A stretch of 64,000 nt of DNA from Thermodesulfobacteriota bacterium (GTDB taxonomy: Bacteria; Desulfobacterota_D; UBA1144; Nemesobacterales; Mycalebacteriaceae), in the NCBI GenBank assembly GCA_965198945.1, contig CBDAQI010000012.1:42910-106909 (forward strand). The letters run 5' to 3'. Under the pieces are notes generated by a model that was not told the DNA's origin, did not search any database, and saw only the letters and a list, made by a program, of their open reading frames with translations. The position numbers were made by a program, and so were the translations under genes. Numbering within the stretch: the stretch's first letter is position 1; the number at the start of each line of letters is the position of its first letter. Of this stretch, positions 37,978-48,443 are shown in pieces.

Positions 37978-40335
37978 ATGAAGTTGACGGGAGTAAATGA
38001 ACTTGCAAAGGAACTTGGAGTTTCAAGCGCGGATGTTGTATCCGCCGCTAAGGATATTGGAGTAAATCTCTCAATGTATCCGAGTTCTGTGGATACTGAA
38101 ACTGCGGAAAAAATAAGAAAAGTTTTTTCGTCCGTTCCCGGAGCGGAAAATTCCGGGGGCGGGGTGAAGGTTGTTGAATTCGGCTCTGGTGACAAAAAAA
38201 TTACCGAGACCAGAACCTCCGGCCGTGTTGTAAGACGCAGAATCAAGGTTGAGAAACCCGCGGAGCAAAAACCGGAGGAAGTTGAATTGCCTGAAAAACG
38301 GACGGCCGCCCAGGCTGCCTGGAGCGCACCGGACGGAGTTCCCGCCAAGGAACCTGAAAAAAAATCCGTGAAGGAAAAACCGGCTGTTCAAGACCCGGAG
38401 AAAGAAAAACTTGCCCGGAAAATAGAGGGCGCGCTTGCTCCAAAACTTACCGCCAGAAAAAAAGAATACATTGTTGATGAGAAGAGCTTCCGCAGAAAGC
38501 AGGAAATCAGGAGAAGAAAACCTCCGCAGCCTCAGACTTCTTCGCCCGCGCCAAAGCCGGCACAGTCTCAGCCACCCGGCAGAAAGAATGTAAAGATAGG
38601 AGAGTCCATCACGCTTGAAGACCTTGCGCGCAGAATGGAAATGAAGCTGAAGGATGTCAGGGCAAAGGCCAGGAGCATTGGTATTGAAAGCTTTTCAAAA
38701 AAACAGCTTGATTATGAGACTGCAATTCTTATCGCCGCCGAATACGGTCTTGATGTTGAGGTTGACAGATTTGACGAAAGTGCCTATCTGAATGACAGTG
38801 AGGCGGGCTTGGCCAATGAGGCGCCGCGCCCTCCGGTTGTGAGCATCATGGGGCATGTTGATCACGGAAAAACAACCCTTCTTGACACTCTGCGCAAATC
38901 AAATGTCGCTTCCGGGGAGGCGGGGGGAATCACTCAGCGGATCGGGGCCTACAAAGTTGCCTCCGGAGAAAGACAGGTTGTTTTCATAGACACGCCCGGC
39001 CATGAGTCGTTTACTTCAATGAGGGCGCGCGGAGCCATGATAAACGATATGGTGATACTTGTTGTCGCCGCTGATGACGGGGTGAAAGCGCAGACAATTG
39101 AGGCCATCAGCCATGCAGGTGCGGCCGGGGTTCCGGTAATTGTTGCCGTTAATAAAATTGACAAAGACGGAGCGGACCCCGAAAACGTTAAAAGACAGCT
39201 TTCCGAGCACGGGCTTGTGGCGGAAGATTGGGGAGGCGACACGCTTTTTGTGGAAATATCGGCAAAAACCGGACAGGGGCTCAAAGAGCTTCTTGAGATT
39301 ATTCTTCTTCAGGCCGATATTCTTGAGCTCCGGGCTCCGCAAACCGGTATTGCAAGGGGAATTGTTCTTGAGTCACGGCTTGACAAAGGCCGGGGTGCGA
39401 TTGCGGATGTAATTATCAAAAAGGGCGGTCTGAAAGTGGGGGATCATGTTATTGCGGGTATTTTCACCGGAAGAGTCAGGTCCCTTTCCGATGAAAACGG
39501 CGTAAAACTGAAAACCGCCGGGCCTTCAATGCCGGTTGAAATTATGGGTCTTTCAGGAGTTCCCGATGCGGGCGAGAATTTTTATGTCGTGCGAGACGAG
39601 AAAACCGCCCGCTCCATAGCTGACAACAGACGGTTGAAAATCGGGCAGAGTGAGGCCGCGGCGGCACAGACACCGTCTCTTGATGCGATTGAAATGATGC
39701 GGGAAAGTCAGGAGAATGCGCCGAAGGAGCTTTCCCTTATAATCAAGGGCGACACCCGGGGCTCCATTGAGGCCATCAGGGACTCCATTGGAAAAATTGA
39801 ATCGGAAAAATGCACTGTCAAAATAGCGCATTCCGGGGTTGGAGGCATAACCGGCAACGATGTTGATCTTGCCCATGTTACCAATTCTTCAATACTGGGA
39901 TTCAACGTCCGTCCCGATCCGAAAGCAGCCTCGGAAGCTTCCAGGCGCGGAATTTTGATTGAGACCCATTCAATTGTCTATGAGATTCTGGAGAGAATAA
40001 AGCAGATTATGGAAGGCCTTCTTGATCCCCTGGTTGAGGAGGAAACCGTCGGAAACGCCAGGGTTCTGGAAATATTCCGTGTTTCGGGGCAGAGAGCCGT
40101 TGCGGGCTGTATTGTTGATGAAGGCAAAGTTTTGAGAGGGGGGAGCGTAAGAATTGTGCGGGACGGAGCGGTGGTTTATGAAAGTAAAATCGGCTCATTG
40201 AAGAGGTTCAAAGATGATGTCAGAGAGGTTCAGTCGGGTTATGAGTGCGGGCTCACAGTAGAGAATTTCAGCGATGTGAAGGTGGGTGATGTGCTTGAAA
40301 TTTATTCCGTAAAGGAAACCGCCCAGCAGTTATAG
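37978..40335 (+). CDS. infB: Translation initiation factor IF-2
   Basis: 785 aa with the GTPase G-domain (IMGHVDHGKTTLLD, DTPGHESF, NKID). Confidence 0.95.
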   Translation: MKLTGVNELAKELGVSSADVVSAAKDIGVNLSMYPSSVDTETAEKIRKVFSSVPGAENSGGGVKVVEFGSGDKKITETRTSGRVVRRRIKVEKPAEQKPEEVELPEKRTAAQAAWSAPDGVPAKEPEKKSVKEKPAVQDPEKEKLARKIEGALAPKLTARKKEYIVDEKSFRRKQEIRRRKPPQPQTSSPAPKPAQSQPPGRKNVKIGESITLEDLARRMEMKLKDVRAKARSIGIESFSKKQLDYETAILIAAEYGLDVEVDRFDESAYLNDSEAGLANEAPRPPVVSIMGHVDHGKTTLLDTLRKSNVASGEAGGITQRIGAYKVASGERQVVFIDTPGHESFTSMRARGAMINDMVILVVAADDGVKAQTIEAISHAGAAGVPVIVAVNKIDKDGADPENVKRQLSEHGLVAEDWGGDTLFVEISAKTGQGLKELLEIILLQADILELRAPQTGIARGIVLESRLDKGRGAIADVIIKKGGLKVGDHVIAGIFTGRVRSLSDENGVKLKTAGPSMPVEIMGLSGVPDAGENFYVVRDEKTARSIADNRRLKIGQSEAAAAQTPSLDAIEMMRESQENAPKELSLIIKGDTRGSIEAIRDSIGKIESEKCTVKIAHSGVGGITGNDVDLAHVTNSSILGFNVRPDPKAASEASRRGILIETHSIVYEILERIKQIMEGLLDPLVEEETVGNARVLEIFRVSGQRAVAGCIVDEGKVLRGGSVRIVRDGAVVYESKIGSLKRFKDDVREVQSGYECGLTVENFSDVKVGDVLEIYSVKETAQQL

Positions 40336-40356
40336 GGTTTCCCGGAGAAGTTTGGT

Positions 40357-40716
40357 TTGGCAAGCGGCCGCAGTTTCAGTTACGAGAGAAGGGAGCGTGT
40401 GGGGGACCTTCTTCTGAAAGAAATAGCATTGATAATCAGCGAGGGCAAAATCCGTGACACCCGTGTCTCGCGGGCCGTTATAACAAATGTTTCGCTGTCA
40501 CGCGATATGTCTTGCGCAAGGGTGTTTTTTACACATCTCAAAGGCGGTTCCACGGACTCAATGCTTGACGCTTTGAACGGAATGTCGGGTTTTTTCCGAA
40601 AGCAGGTTGCGTCCCGGCTGCATTTGAAAAAAGTTCCTTCAATAGAGTTTAGAAAAGATGACGTTCTGGCTTCCGCACAAAAAGTGGAAGAGATTATCAA
40701 GGGTTTTGACGGTTGA
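40357..40716 (+). CDS. rbfA: Ribosome-binding factor A
   Basis: 119 aa with an RbfA KH-like core (RVSRAVITNVSLSRDMSCARVFFT). Confidence 0.88.
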   Translation: MASGRSFSYERRERVGDLLLKEIALIISEGKIRDTRVSRAVITNVSLSRDMSCARVFFTHLKGGSTDSMLDALNGMSGFFRKQVASRLHLKKVPSIEFRKDDVLASAQKVEEIIKGFDG

Positions 40717-41687
40717 GAATTCCGGTTCAAATAAGGAAGGTTTTTGAAGAGGGAAGCAGTTTTCTTCTCACTTCCCATGAGTCTCCCGACTCAGATGCCC
40801 TGGGCTCAATGCTTGGGCTTGCAAACCTGCTTGAATCGCTTGGCAAATCCGTTTTTCTCTATAACCGGAGCGGTATTCCTTCTTTCCTGAAATTTCTTCC
40901 CGGTTCGGAAAAAATAGAGAGAAGCCTCCCGAAAGCCGGGAAACCCGTTTTTGATGCGTTGGTTGTTCTTGATTGTCCGGCGGCCTCACGCGCCGGGAGT
41001 GACTTTGAAAATTATGTCTCATCATCCGGAACCCCGCTTGTCATTATTGACCATCACAAAGAGGCTCCCGGAGGGGAGATGTTGAAATGGGTTGAGACTG
41101 AGTCCCCGGCCACGGGTGTTCTGGTTTATGAGATTTTCAGAGAATTCGCATCGCCTTTTTCACGCGACAGCGCAACATGCATTTTCGCCGCGATTGCCGG
41201 TGACACGGGTTCTTTCAGATTTAATGCGACGGCACAGTCTTTTGCCATAGCGTCCGAAATGGTTTCATCCGGAGCCGACCCGCAGAAAATTTCAAGCGAG
41301 ATTTATGAGAATAATTCCGTCCGCAAACTGAAGCTGCTGTCCCGGGTTCTTGAAACTCTGAAAACAGACAAGACCGGGAAAATAGCGTGGGTTCGCATTG
41401 ACGCGGATATGTTTGAATCAACCGGAACATCAGCGGAAGACAGCGAGGGAATGGTTGACATTCCAATGAGTCTGGCAGGGGTGGAAGTGGCGATGCTTTT
41501 CAGGCGGCAGTCCACTGAAGCAAAATCTTTCTGGAAGGCGAGCATAAGGTCGCGCGGGGATATTGACGTATGCGCGGTGGCAAACACTTTTGGCGGGGGA
41601 GGCCATAAAAATGCTTCGGGTTTCACATTTGAGAGTGATTTTGACGGGACGATTGAGAAAATAGTGGACAGAATAAAGCGGGCATGA
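40713..41687 (+). CDS. nrnA: DHH-family phosphoesterase (NrnA-like bifunctional oligoribonuclease/pAp phosphatase)
   Basis: DHH motifs (LTSHESPDSDALGS, VIIDHHKE) and a C-terminal DHHA1 GGGH motif. Confidence 0.8.
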   Translation: MRIPVQIRKVFEEGSSFLLTSHESPDSDALGSMLGLANLLESLGKSVFLYNRSGIPSFLKFLPGSEKIERSLPKAGKPVFDALVVLDCPAASRAGSDFENYVSSSGTPLVIIDHHKEAPGGEMLKWVETESPATGVLVYEIFREFASPFSRDSATCIFAAIAGDTGSFRFNATAQSFAIASEMVSSGADPQKISSEIYENNSVRKLKLLSRVLETLKTDKTGKIAWVRIDADMFESTGTSAEDSEGMVDIPMSLAGVEVAMLFRRQSTEAKSFWKASIRSRGDIDVCAVANTFGGGGHKNASGFTFESDFDGTIEKIVDRIKRA

Positions 41688-42598
41688 ACGGAATAGTGGT
41701 AATTGACAAACCGGATGGCATAACCTCAAGCGGGGTTGTGAACAGAGTCAAAGGGATTCTCAAAATACGAAAAGCCGGACACACCGGAACCCTTGATAAG
41801 TTTGCCACCGGGGTTCTTCCCGTCTGCCTTGGAGAAGCCACCAAGGCTATTCCCTATCTTGACGAGTCTTTCAAAGAGTATGAGGCTACAATGAAAATGG
41901 GCGAGGCCACAGACACTTTTGACCTTTCCGGCAAGATCACCCGCACTGGCGGCATTGGAAAAGTTTCCCGGAATGATATAATCTCGTGTTTCAGAGAAAA
42001 CACCGGAACTTTTTTGCAGGTTCCGCCCATGTTTTCCGCCGTCAAGAAAAACGGGGTAAGGCTTTCAAAGATTGCCCGACTTGGCAGGGAGGTTGAAAGG
42101 AGCGCCAGAAGGATAACGGTTGAGAGGCTTGACTTGCTTGCATTTGCGCCGCCGCTGGCGGATTTTTTTGTTAAATGTTCGCGCGGCACATATGTCAGAG
42201 CTCTGGCGTCCGAAATGGGGGAAAGTCTCGGCTGTATGGCTCATCTGGTGCGGCTCCGGCGTGTCAGCAGCGGAGCGTTTTCCATGGAACAGTCATCCAC
42301 TCTTGAAGATTTGGAGTCCGGGGATTACAAGTTGATAAGTGTTGAAGAAGCCCTTTCTCATATCAAATCGGTTTGTATCAGCCGGCGGGCCGCGCATGTT
42401 GCGTGTAACGGCGGGAAGTTATTGGGAAAGCATTTTAAGGGTTGCGGAGTTTCGGATTTGCAACAGGGTGAAACGGTCAGGCTGACATATTCGGGCAAGG
42501 CGGTTTCAATGGCAAAGTGTCTGGCTGACGGCGGCTCATTTGAAACTTTAAAAGAGGAACCGGTTTTCAAACAGACCAGGGTGTTCGGTTCTCACTAA
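41684..42598 (+). CDS. truB: tRNA pseudouridine(55) synthase
   Basis: GIVVIDKPDGITSSGVVNRVK...GHTGTLD. This is the TruB catalytic Asp motif. Confidence 0.92.
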   Translation: MNGIVVIDKPDGITSSGVVNRVKGILKIRKAGHTGTLDKFATGVLPVCLGEATKAIPYLDESFKEYEATMKMGEATDTFDLSGKITRTGGIGKVSRNDIISCFRENTGTFLQVPPMFSAVKKNGVRLSKIARLGREVERSARRITVERLDLLAFAPPLADFFVKCSRGTYVRALASEMGESLGCMAHLVRLRRVSSGAFSMEQSSTLEDLESGDYKLISVEEALSHIKSVCISRRAAHVACNGGKLLGKHFKGCGVSDLQQGETVRLTYSGKAVSMAKCLADGGSFETLKEEPVFKQTRVFGSH

Positions 42599-42618
42599 AA
42601 AAATCGGAGGATAATGAT

Positions 42619-42888
42619 TTGCCTTTAGACAAAGATGAAAAACGCAAAGTTATAGAGGAATTTGCGGAGAAGCCCGGAGATGTGGGCTCTTCAGCTGTGC
42701 AGGTTGGCATACTTTCCAGACGCATAGAGCAGATATCCGCTCACACGGCCGTTATGAAAAAGGATTTTCATTCGCGCAGAGGTCTTGTCAGGCTTGTGGC
42801 GAAAAGAAGAAAACTTTTGAATTACATGAAGGGGACGAACCCGCGCAAATACGCCGAACTGATTAAGAAGCTCGGCCTCAGACATTAA
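42619..42888 (+). CDS. rpsO: 30S ribosomal protein S15
   Basis: 89 aa with the typical S15 sequence (GSSAVQVGILSRRIEQISAH...). Confidence 0.95.
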   Translation: MPLDKDEKRKVIEEFAEKPGDVGSSAVQVGILSRRIEQISAHTAVMKKDFHSRRGLVRLVAKRRKLLNYMKGTNPRKYAELIKKLGLRH

Positions 42889-42904
42889 AATTTATCGGGG
42901 GATA

Positions 42905-45013
42905 TTGAATTTGTCACAAAAAACAGTTGAGAAGACCCTTTTCGGGTCAAAGTATAAAATAGAAACCGGAAAGGTTGCCAGACAGGCGGGCGGCGCTGTT
43001 CTTATGAGCTGCGCGGACACGGTTGTTCTTGCGACGGTCGTGGCGTCGGATGAAAAAATCAAGGAAGACTTTCTTCCGCTTACGGTTAACTATCAGGAAA
43101 AAACATATGCCGCGGGGAAAATTCCGGGAGGTTTTTTCAGAAGGGAGGGAAGGCCCAGTGAACATGAGATTCTGACTTCAAGACTCATAGACCGCACAAT
43201 CAGGCCGCTCATAACAAAAAAGTTCACTTATTCCACTCAAGTAATGGTTACCGTTCTTTCGGCTGACATGAAATCAGACCCCGGTGTGCTTTCCATAACG
43301 GCGGCTTCGGCGGCCCTTGCTCTTTCCGATGTGCCGTTTGACGGCCCGGTTGCCGGAGTGAAAATCGGAAAAATAGGCGGACAGCTGGTCTGTAATCCCG
43401 GATATGAAGATCTTGAGTCAAGCGACATGGATATAGTGGTTGCGGGGACGAAAGACGCGGTTGTGATGGTGGAAGGCGGAGCGAAGCAGGTTTCCGAACC
43501 GGACATGATTGAAGCGCTTATGTTTGCCCATGATCGCATAAAAGAGCTTATTGAAATACAGGATGAACTCGCCTCCGGCATAGCTCCGGCAAAACGCATT
43601 CCTAAAGAATGGGATGTTTCTCAAAAACAGGAGATCTCCGCCGCGGTAAGAGCGTTTGCTTCCGCGCCGCTTGAGAATTCGATCGTCAAACCCTCCAAGG
43701 AGATGCGTCGGGAAGAAATATCAAAACTGCGCGCTCAGACTTTTGAAGAAGTGGGTCGGAATTTTCCCGAAAGCGAGTCCGCCATATCGGACGCTTTTGA
43801 AAGTTTGACCAAAGAAGTTGTGCGTTCTCTGATTGTGAACAAAGGCGTGCGTCCCGACTCGCGCGATTACAAAACAATCCGTGACATAGATTCCGAGGTC
43901 GGCATTCTTCCCCGCTCCCATGGTTCAGCGCTTTTTACGCGCGGCGAAACACAGGCCCTTGTCGCCACCACTCTCGGAACTTCCTATTACGAGCAGAGAA
44001 TAGACTCTCTTGAGGGCGATTTGAAAAAGAGTTTTATGCTTCACTATAACTTTCCCCCTTATTCCGTGGGTGAGACAAGCAACCGCCTCGCTCCGGGCAG
44101 GAGGGAGATAGGGCACGGCGCTCTTGCCGAAAGGGCGGTGAAGCCGCTCCTGCCGTCAAAAGAGGATTTTCCCTACACAATCAGGGTTGTTTCTGAAATT
44201 CTGGAGTCAAACGGTTCGTCCTCCATGGCTACGGTTTGCGGCGCTTCAATGTCTCTTATGGACGCCGGTGTCCCGCTTCGTGCCGCGGTGGGCGGAATTG
44301 CTATGGGTCTCATCAAGGAAGGGGACAAACTTGTGGTTCTGTCCGATATTCTCGGAGATGAAGACCACTTGGGCGATATGGATTTCAAGGTTGCCGGCAC
44401 GGAAAACGGAATTACCGCACTGCAGATGGACATTAAAATAGACGGCGTTACAAAGGAAATTTTATCTGACGCCCTTAATCAGGCAAAAACCGCGCGTCTT
44501 CATGTTCTGGCTGAAATGGGCAAAACAATCGCCGCTCCGGAAAACGATATTTCCGCACATGCTCTGCGCATAATGTCAATGAAAATTCATCCCGACAAGA
44601 TACGTGATGTGATCGGTTCGGGCGGCAAGGTTATAAACAAACTTATTGAGGAAACCGGCGCCCAGATAGACATTCAGGATGACGGCAAAGTGCTCATTTC
44701 CTCTCCGGATAAAGAGTCGTGTGAAAATGCGATGAAAAAGATAGGCAAAATTGTAGAGGAAATAGAACCGGGCAAGATATATTTCGGTAAGGTCAAAAGG
44801 CTTCTTGATTTCGGGGCAATTGTGGAAATGGATAACGGAAGGGACGGGCTTGTTCACATTTCAGAACTGGAAGAGGGCAGGGTTGAGAAGGTTGCCGATG
44901 TGGTGAATGAGGGTGATGAACTTCTGGTCAAATGTATTTCAAAGGAGAGAGACGGCAAGATAAGGCTCAGCCGCAGGGAAGCTCTCGGGGAAAACATAGA
45001 GGACTACAGATAA
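42905..45013 (+). CDS. pnp: Polyribonucleotide nucleotidyltransferase (PNPase)
   Basis: 702 aa with two RNase PH domains, a KH domain and a C-terminal S1 domain (GKIYFGKVKRLLDFGAIVEM). Confidence 0.95.
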   Translation: MNLSQKTVEKTLFGSKYKIETGKVARQAGGAVLMSCADTVVLATVVASDEKIKEDFLPLTVNYQEKTYAAGKIPGGFFRREGRPSEHEILTSRLIDRTIRPLITKKFTYSTQVMVTVLSADMKSDPGVLSITAASAALALSDVPFDGPVAGVKIGKIGGQLVCNPGYEDLESSDMDIVVAGTKDAVVMVEGGAKQVSEPDMIEALMFAHDRIKELIEIQDELASGIAPAKRIPKEWDVSQKQEISAAVRAFASAPLENSIVKPSKEMRREEISKLRAQTFEEVGRNFPESESAISDAFESLTKEVVRSLIVNKGVRPDSRDYKTIRDIDSEVGILPRSHGSALFTRGETQALVATTLGTSYYEQRIDSLEGDLKKSFMLHYNFPPYSVGETSNRLAPGRREIGHGALAERAVKPLLPSKEDFPYTIRVVSEILESNGSSSMATVCGASMSLMDAGVPLRAAVGGIAMGLIKEGDKLVVLSDILGDEDHLGDMDFKVAGTENGITALQMDIKIDGVTKEILSDALNQAKTARLHVLAEMGKTIAAPENDISAHALRIMSMKIHPDKIRDVIGSGGKVINKLIEETGAQIDIQDDGKVLISSPDKESCENAMKKIGKIVEEIEPGKIYFGKVKRLLDFGAIVEMDNGRDGLVHISELEEGRVEKVADVVNEGDELLVKCISKERDGKIRLSRREALGENIEDYR

Positions 45014-45939
45014 AAGCCGGGGTCGGGCAAAAACGTATTGTCGCAGTTGTCGGGCCCACAGCATCGGGGAAAACCGATTTCGGATTGCGTCTCGCCTCCG
45101 AAGTGTCCGGGGCCGTGGTGGGCGCGGACTCTCTTCAGGTTTATAAATATTTTGACATAGGAAGCGCCAAACCGCCCGCCGAACAGATGGGTGCGATCTC
45201 CCATTTTATGACTGACATAGTCGAGCCGGGTGAGGATTTTAACGCGGGCATATACAAGGCCCGTGCGGAACCCATAATTGAAAAACTGTTTTTGGAAAAA
45301 ACACCTCCGATTGTAGTAGGCGGCACTTTTCTTTATGTTCGCGCTCTGCTTGAGGGGCTTATTGAAAGCCCGTCCGACCCTGAGGTCAGAAAAAGTATTG
45401 AAGGCGAGGAGAGAAAATACGGAACCCGCTGGCTTTACGAAAAATTGGAAGACATGGACGCGGCTTCGGCCTCAGAAATTCACCCCAATGATTCCGTGCG
45501 CATAAGGCGGGCGCTTGAAATCTGCCATTTGTCTGGCTCGCCGGCTTCCGAGGTAAGGCGCGCTCACGGTTTTTCCGGCTGCGGATTTGACTGCCTGAAA
45601 ATCGGCATTGCCACGGAAAGGGACGCGCTTGTTGAGAGGATAAACGTCAGAACACGGGAGATGTTTGAGGAGGGTATTGTGGAGGAGACTGAAAAAATCC
45701 GTGATATGGGGTATTCAAGCGATATTAAGCCGATGAAGGCCATAGGTTATCGTCAGGCGAATCTTTTCATTGACGGAGAGATCACCGGGCCCGAAGCGGT
45801 TGAGACAGCCGCCAGAGACACAAGACGCCTTGCCAAAAGGCAGATGACATGGCTGAGAAAAGAAAAAGACATACAATGGTTTCCGGCTGAAGGTCTTAGC
45901 GAAGCGGTTGATCAGTGCCGAAGGTTTTTTGGACTATAG
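44932..45939 (+). CDS. miaA: tRNA dimethylallyltransferase
   Basis: RIVAVVGPTASGKT P-loop and an overall MiaA pattern. The only in-frame ATG (44932) overlaps the pnp 3' end by about 80 nt, so the true start is uncertain. Confidence 0.85.
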   Translation: MYFKGERRQDKAQPQGSSRGKHRGLQIKAGVGQKRIVAVVGPTASGKTDFGLRLASEVSGAVVGADSLQVYKYFDIGSAKPPAEQMGAISHFMTDIVEPGEDFNAGIYKARAEPIIEKLFLEKTPPIVVGGTFLYVRALLEGLIESPSDPEVRKSIEGEERKYGTRWLYEKLEDMDAASASEIHPNDSVRIRRALEICHLSGSPASEVRRAHGFSGCGFDCLKIGIATERDALVERINVRTREMFEEGIVEETEKIRDMGYSSDIKPMKAIGYRQANLFIDGEITGPEAVETAARDTRRLAKRQMTWLRKEKDIQWFPAEGLSEAVDQCRRFFGL

Positions 45940-45997
45940 GCGTGTTTTATCCACAGATGTGCCGGATTGCCGTCGGTGTCGATTTTCCGGATTACCG

Positions 45998-46360
45998 CTA
46001 CTTTGTGTTTCTGCGAACAAATAGTGTTGCAAACACCACTCCGGTAATGACGGCCGCAAGCGGAAGCAGCCAGGCGACCAGGCTGAATCCCTTCATCGGC
46101 GGTTCTGCGAGTATTGTGTCTCCGTATTTGCTCTGAAACCATAGAATTATTTCCTCGTCCGACTCTCCGTTCCGAATTTTCTTTTTAATTATTTTCCGCA
46201 TATCCCGCGCGAGGTCGGAGTTTGATTCGGCGACGCTCTGCCCGGCGCAGACCGGACACATCAGCTGTCTTGCAATCGCGTCTGTGCGTTCCGTTACCGT
46301 TTCAGCAAACGCTGGAGTGGCAAGGAGTAGAAAGACTGAAAGAATTGTGAGAATTTTCAT
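45998..46360 (-). CDS. ccmH: Cytochrome c-type biogenesis protein CcmH/NrfF
   Basis: Signal peptide, LMCPVCAGQSVAESNSDLARDMR (the CcmH LRCxxC-type motif) and a C-terminal TM. The pattern is very close to E. coli CcmH. Confidence 0.88.
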   Translation of the reverse strand: MKILTILSVFLLLATPAFAETVTERTDAIARQLMCPVCAGQSVAESNSDLARDMRKIIKKKIRNGESDEEIILWFQSKYGDTILAEPPMKGFSLVAWLLPLAAVITGVVFATLFVRRNTK

Positions 46361-46423
46361 TTAGTTATTTATAAGTTCACAGTTTAACGGGGAGTCCTGA
46401 TGTTTTCTCCGTTTTATCCGGGG

Positions 46424-48343
46424 TCAAAGCCATTTTTCTTTCCACATCTGAAACACGAGAAGGTTCCATATTCTTTTACCGTCAAACGAGTGCTTATAAA
46501 ACTTATCCATCCACTCGGATACCGTTGCGGGGTTGAAAATGTTCTCCCGTTTCAGAGACTCTTCGCTCAGATAATCTTGAACAAGCGGAAGCAGTTTTCC
46601 TCTCATCCATGAGTCTATGGGTGAGCCGAAACCCATTTTTTTTCTGTCAAACAACTCTCTGGGCAGATGTTTTTCCAGAACCTTTTTCAGAATGTATTTT
46701 GACTCCCCGTTTCTGTATTTATATTCGGAGGGAATTCTTGCGGTAAATTCCATAAGCCGGTGGTCAAGAAGCGGTTCCCTTGATTCAAGCCCCACGCTCA
46801 TTGTTGCCCGGTCAACCTTTGTCAAAATGTCATCGGGAAGCCAAACTGCAAAGTCGGCGGCAAGCATCTGGCTCATCAGGTCTCTTTTTTCAACCTCTTC
46901 AAACTGTTCGGAAAAAGTATTGTCGTTAAATTTCCCCGTATGGTTCAATATTCCGTCAATTTCTTCATCCAGCCATGTTCCGATTGAATATTTGAACATC
47001 CCCGCCATGTCGCCTTTGTTCATAAGGAGAAATGCTCCGCGCCTCTTGACATATCCGCGCCTGAGCCGCTTTATGCGGTCAACTCCCGTCATGTTTACGG
47101 CTCTCTCAAACCGTTCAGCGTTGAGGGCGTTTAGTCCGGCACATATCAAATTGCGTAAGAGACCGGGGATTCTTAAAGATTTGTCCGCAATCTTCAGATA
47201 GGAAGTGTAGTGGTTGTATCCGCAGAAAAGTTCATCTCCCCCGTCTGCGGAAAGCGCCACCTTCACATCACGGCGTGCTATCTGCGAAACAAGAAGAGTA
47301 GGTATTGTGGAATTGTCCGCGAAGGGTTCATCATAGATATCAGGAAGCTGCGGAACTATTTCCAGCGCTTCGTCTTCAGATATGTAATGCTCGGTATGGT
47401 CGGTTCCGAGGTGTTCGGCGATTTTTTTTGCATGATGGGCTTCATTGTGTTTTGTGCTGTCAAACCCGATTGTAAAGGTTTTAATCGGCTCCGAGACATT
47501 TCTCTGCAAAAGCGCGGCGACTATGCTTGAATCTATTCCGCCTGAGAGGAAAAGACCCACCGGCACATCGGAAACAAGCCGATATTTGAAAGAATCAACA
47601 AGTATTCTCTCAAGTTCTTCGGTTATTTCCTCTTCGGAACCGGAATGAGGAGTCATATTGTAATAGTCGGCTATATTCCAATATCTGTGTTTTTTAATCT
47701 CTCCGTTTTTGACGCTCATCCAGTGTCCGGGTTCAAGCTTGAATGTATCTTGAAGAATTGTGCCGGGGCTTTTTATGTAATCATATCTCAGGAAAAGGGC
47801 CAGTCCGTCGCTGTCTATCCGTTTGGGAAATGCCGGGTGTTTCATTATTGATTTCAACTCCGATGCGAACAGAAAAAGCCCGTTTTTGCGGTAGTAATAA
47901 AGAGGTTTTACTCCGGCTCTGTCCCGCGCGAGAAAGAGTGTTTTTTTCCGTGCATCCCAGATTGCAAGAGCAAACATTCCTATAAATTTGTGGAGGCACT
48001 GCATTCCCCACTGTTCGTAGGATTTGACGACAACCTCGGTGTCAGAATCGCTCATCAATGAGTGTCCTTTGCCTTCCAGTTCTTTTCTGATTTCGCGGTA
48101 GTTATAGATTTCACCGTTATAGCTCACCGTTATGGTTCCGTCAGAGTTTGACATCGGTTGCTTTCCTCTCTCTGACAGGTCTATGATGGAGAGCCGTGTG
48201 TGTCCGAGACCCACATTGCTTTGCGCGTCCACGAAAAAGCCCGAATCGTCCGGCCCTCTGTGGATTAGAGCCTCCGTCATTTCTGAAAGGACGGACTGCT
48301 CAATCCTTTTCCCGGTGCTGTAAATGCCTGCTATGCCGCACAT
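46424..48343 (-). CDS. asnB: Asparagine synthase (glutamine-hydrolysing) family amidotransferase
   Basis: MCGIAGIY Ntn-amidotransferase start and an SGGIDSS PP-loop. The protein is 639 aa and is adjacent to polysaccharide genes. Confidence 0.88.
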   Translation of the reverse strand: MCGIAGIYSTGKRIEQSVLSEMTEALIHRGPDDSGFFVDAQSNVGLGHTRLSIIDLSERGKQPMSNSDGTITVSYNGEIYNYREIRKELEGKGHSLMSDSDTEVVVKSYEQWGMQCLHKFIGMFALAIWDARKKTLFLARDRAGVKPLYYYRKNGLFLFASELKSIMKHPAFPKRIDSDGLALFLRYDYIKSPGTILQDTFKLEPGHWMSVKNGEIKKHRYWNIADYYNMTPHSGSEEEITEELERILVDSFKYRLVSDVPVGLFLSGGIDSSIVAALLQRNVSEPIKTFTIGFDSTKHNEAHHAKKIAEHLGTDHTEHYISEDEALEIVPQLPDIYDEPFADNSTIPTLLVSQIARRDVKVALSADGGDELFCGYNHYTSYLKIADKSLRIPGLLRNLICAGLNALNAERFERAVNMTGVDRIKRLRRGYVKRRGAFLLMNKGDMAGMFKYSIGTWLDEEIDGILNHTGKFNDNTFSEQFEEVEKRDLMSQMLAADFAVWLPDDILTKVDRATMSVGLESREPLLDHRLMEFTARIPSEYKYRNGESKYILKKVLEKHLPRELFDRKKMGFGSPIDSWMRGKLLPLVQDYLSEESLKRENIFNPATVSEWMDKFYKHSFDGKRIWNLLVFQMWKEKWL

Positions 48344-48443
48344 TGTTTATTTTGGAAAACAAAAATTGGAGTATTTAATATATAATACACAAAAGGGTTT
48401 CCGGTTTATATGCTCTTTTGTCTTTGTTCCGAATATTGACGTA

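Noticed and set aside
48324-48443. A 120-nt 5' extension of the flippase ORF overlapping the asnB start on the opposite strand
   Set aside because: The extension encodes no TM segment, and the first Met followed by flippase-like sequence is at 48444. It is probably the promoter region shared by divergent genes.
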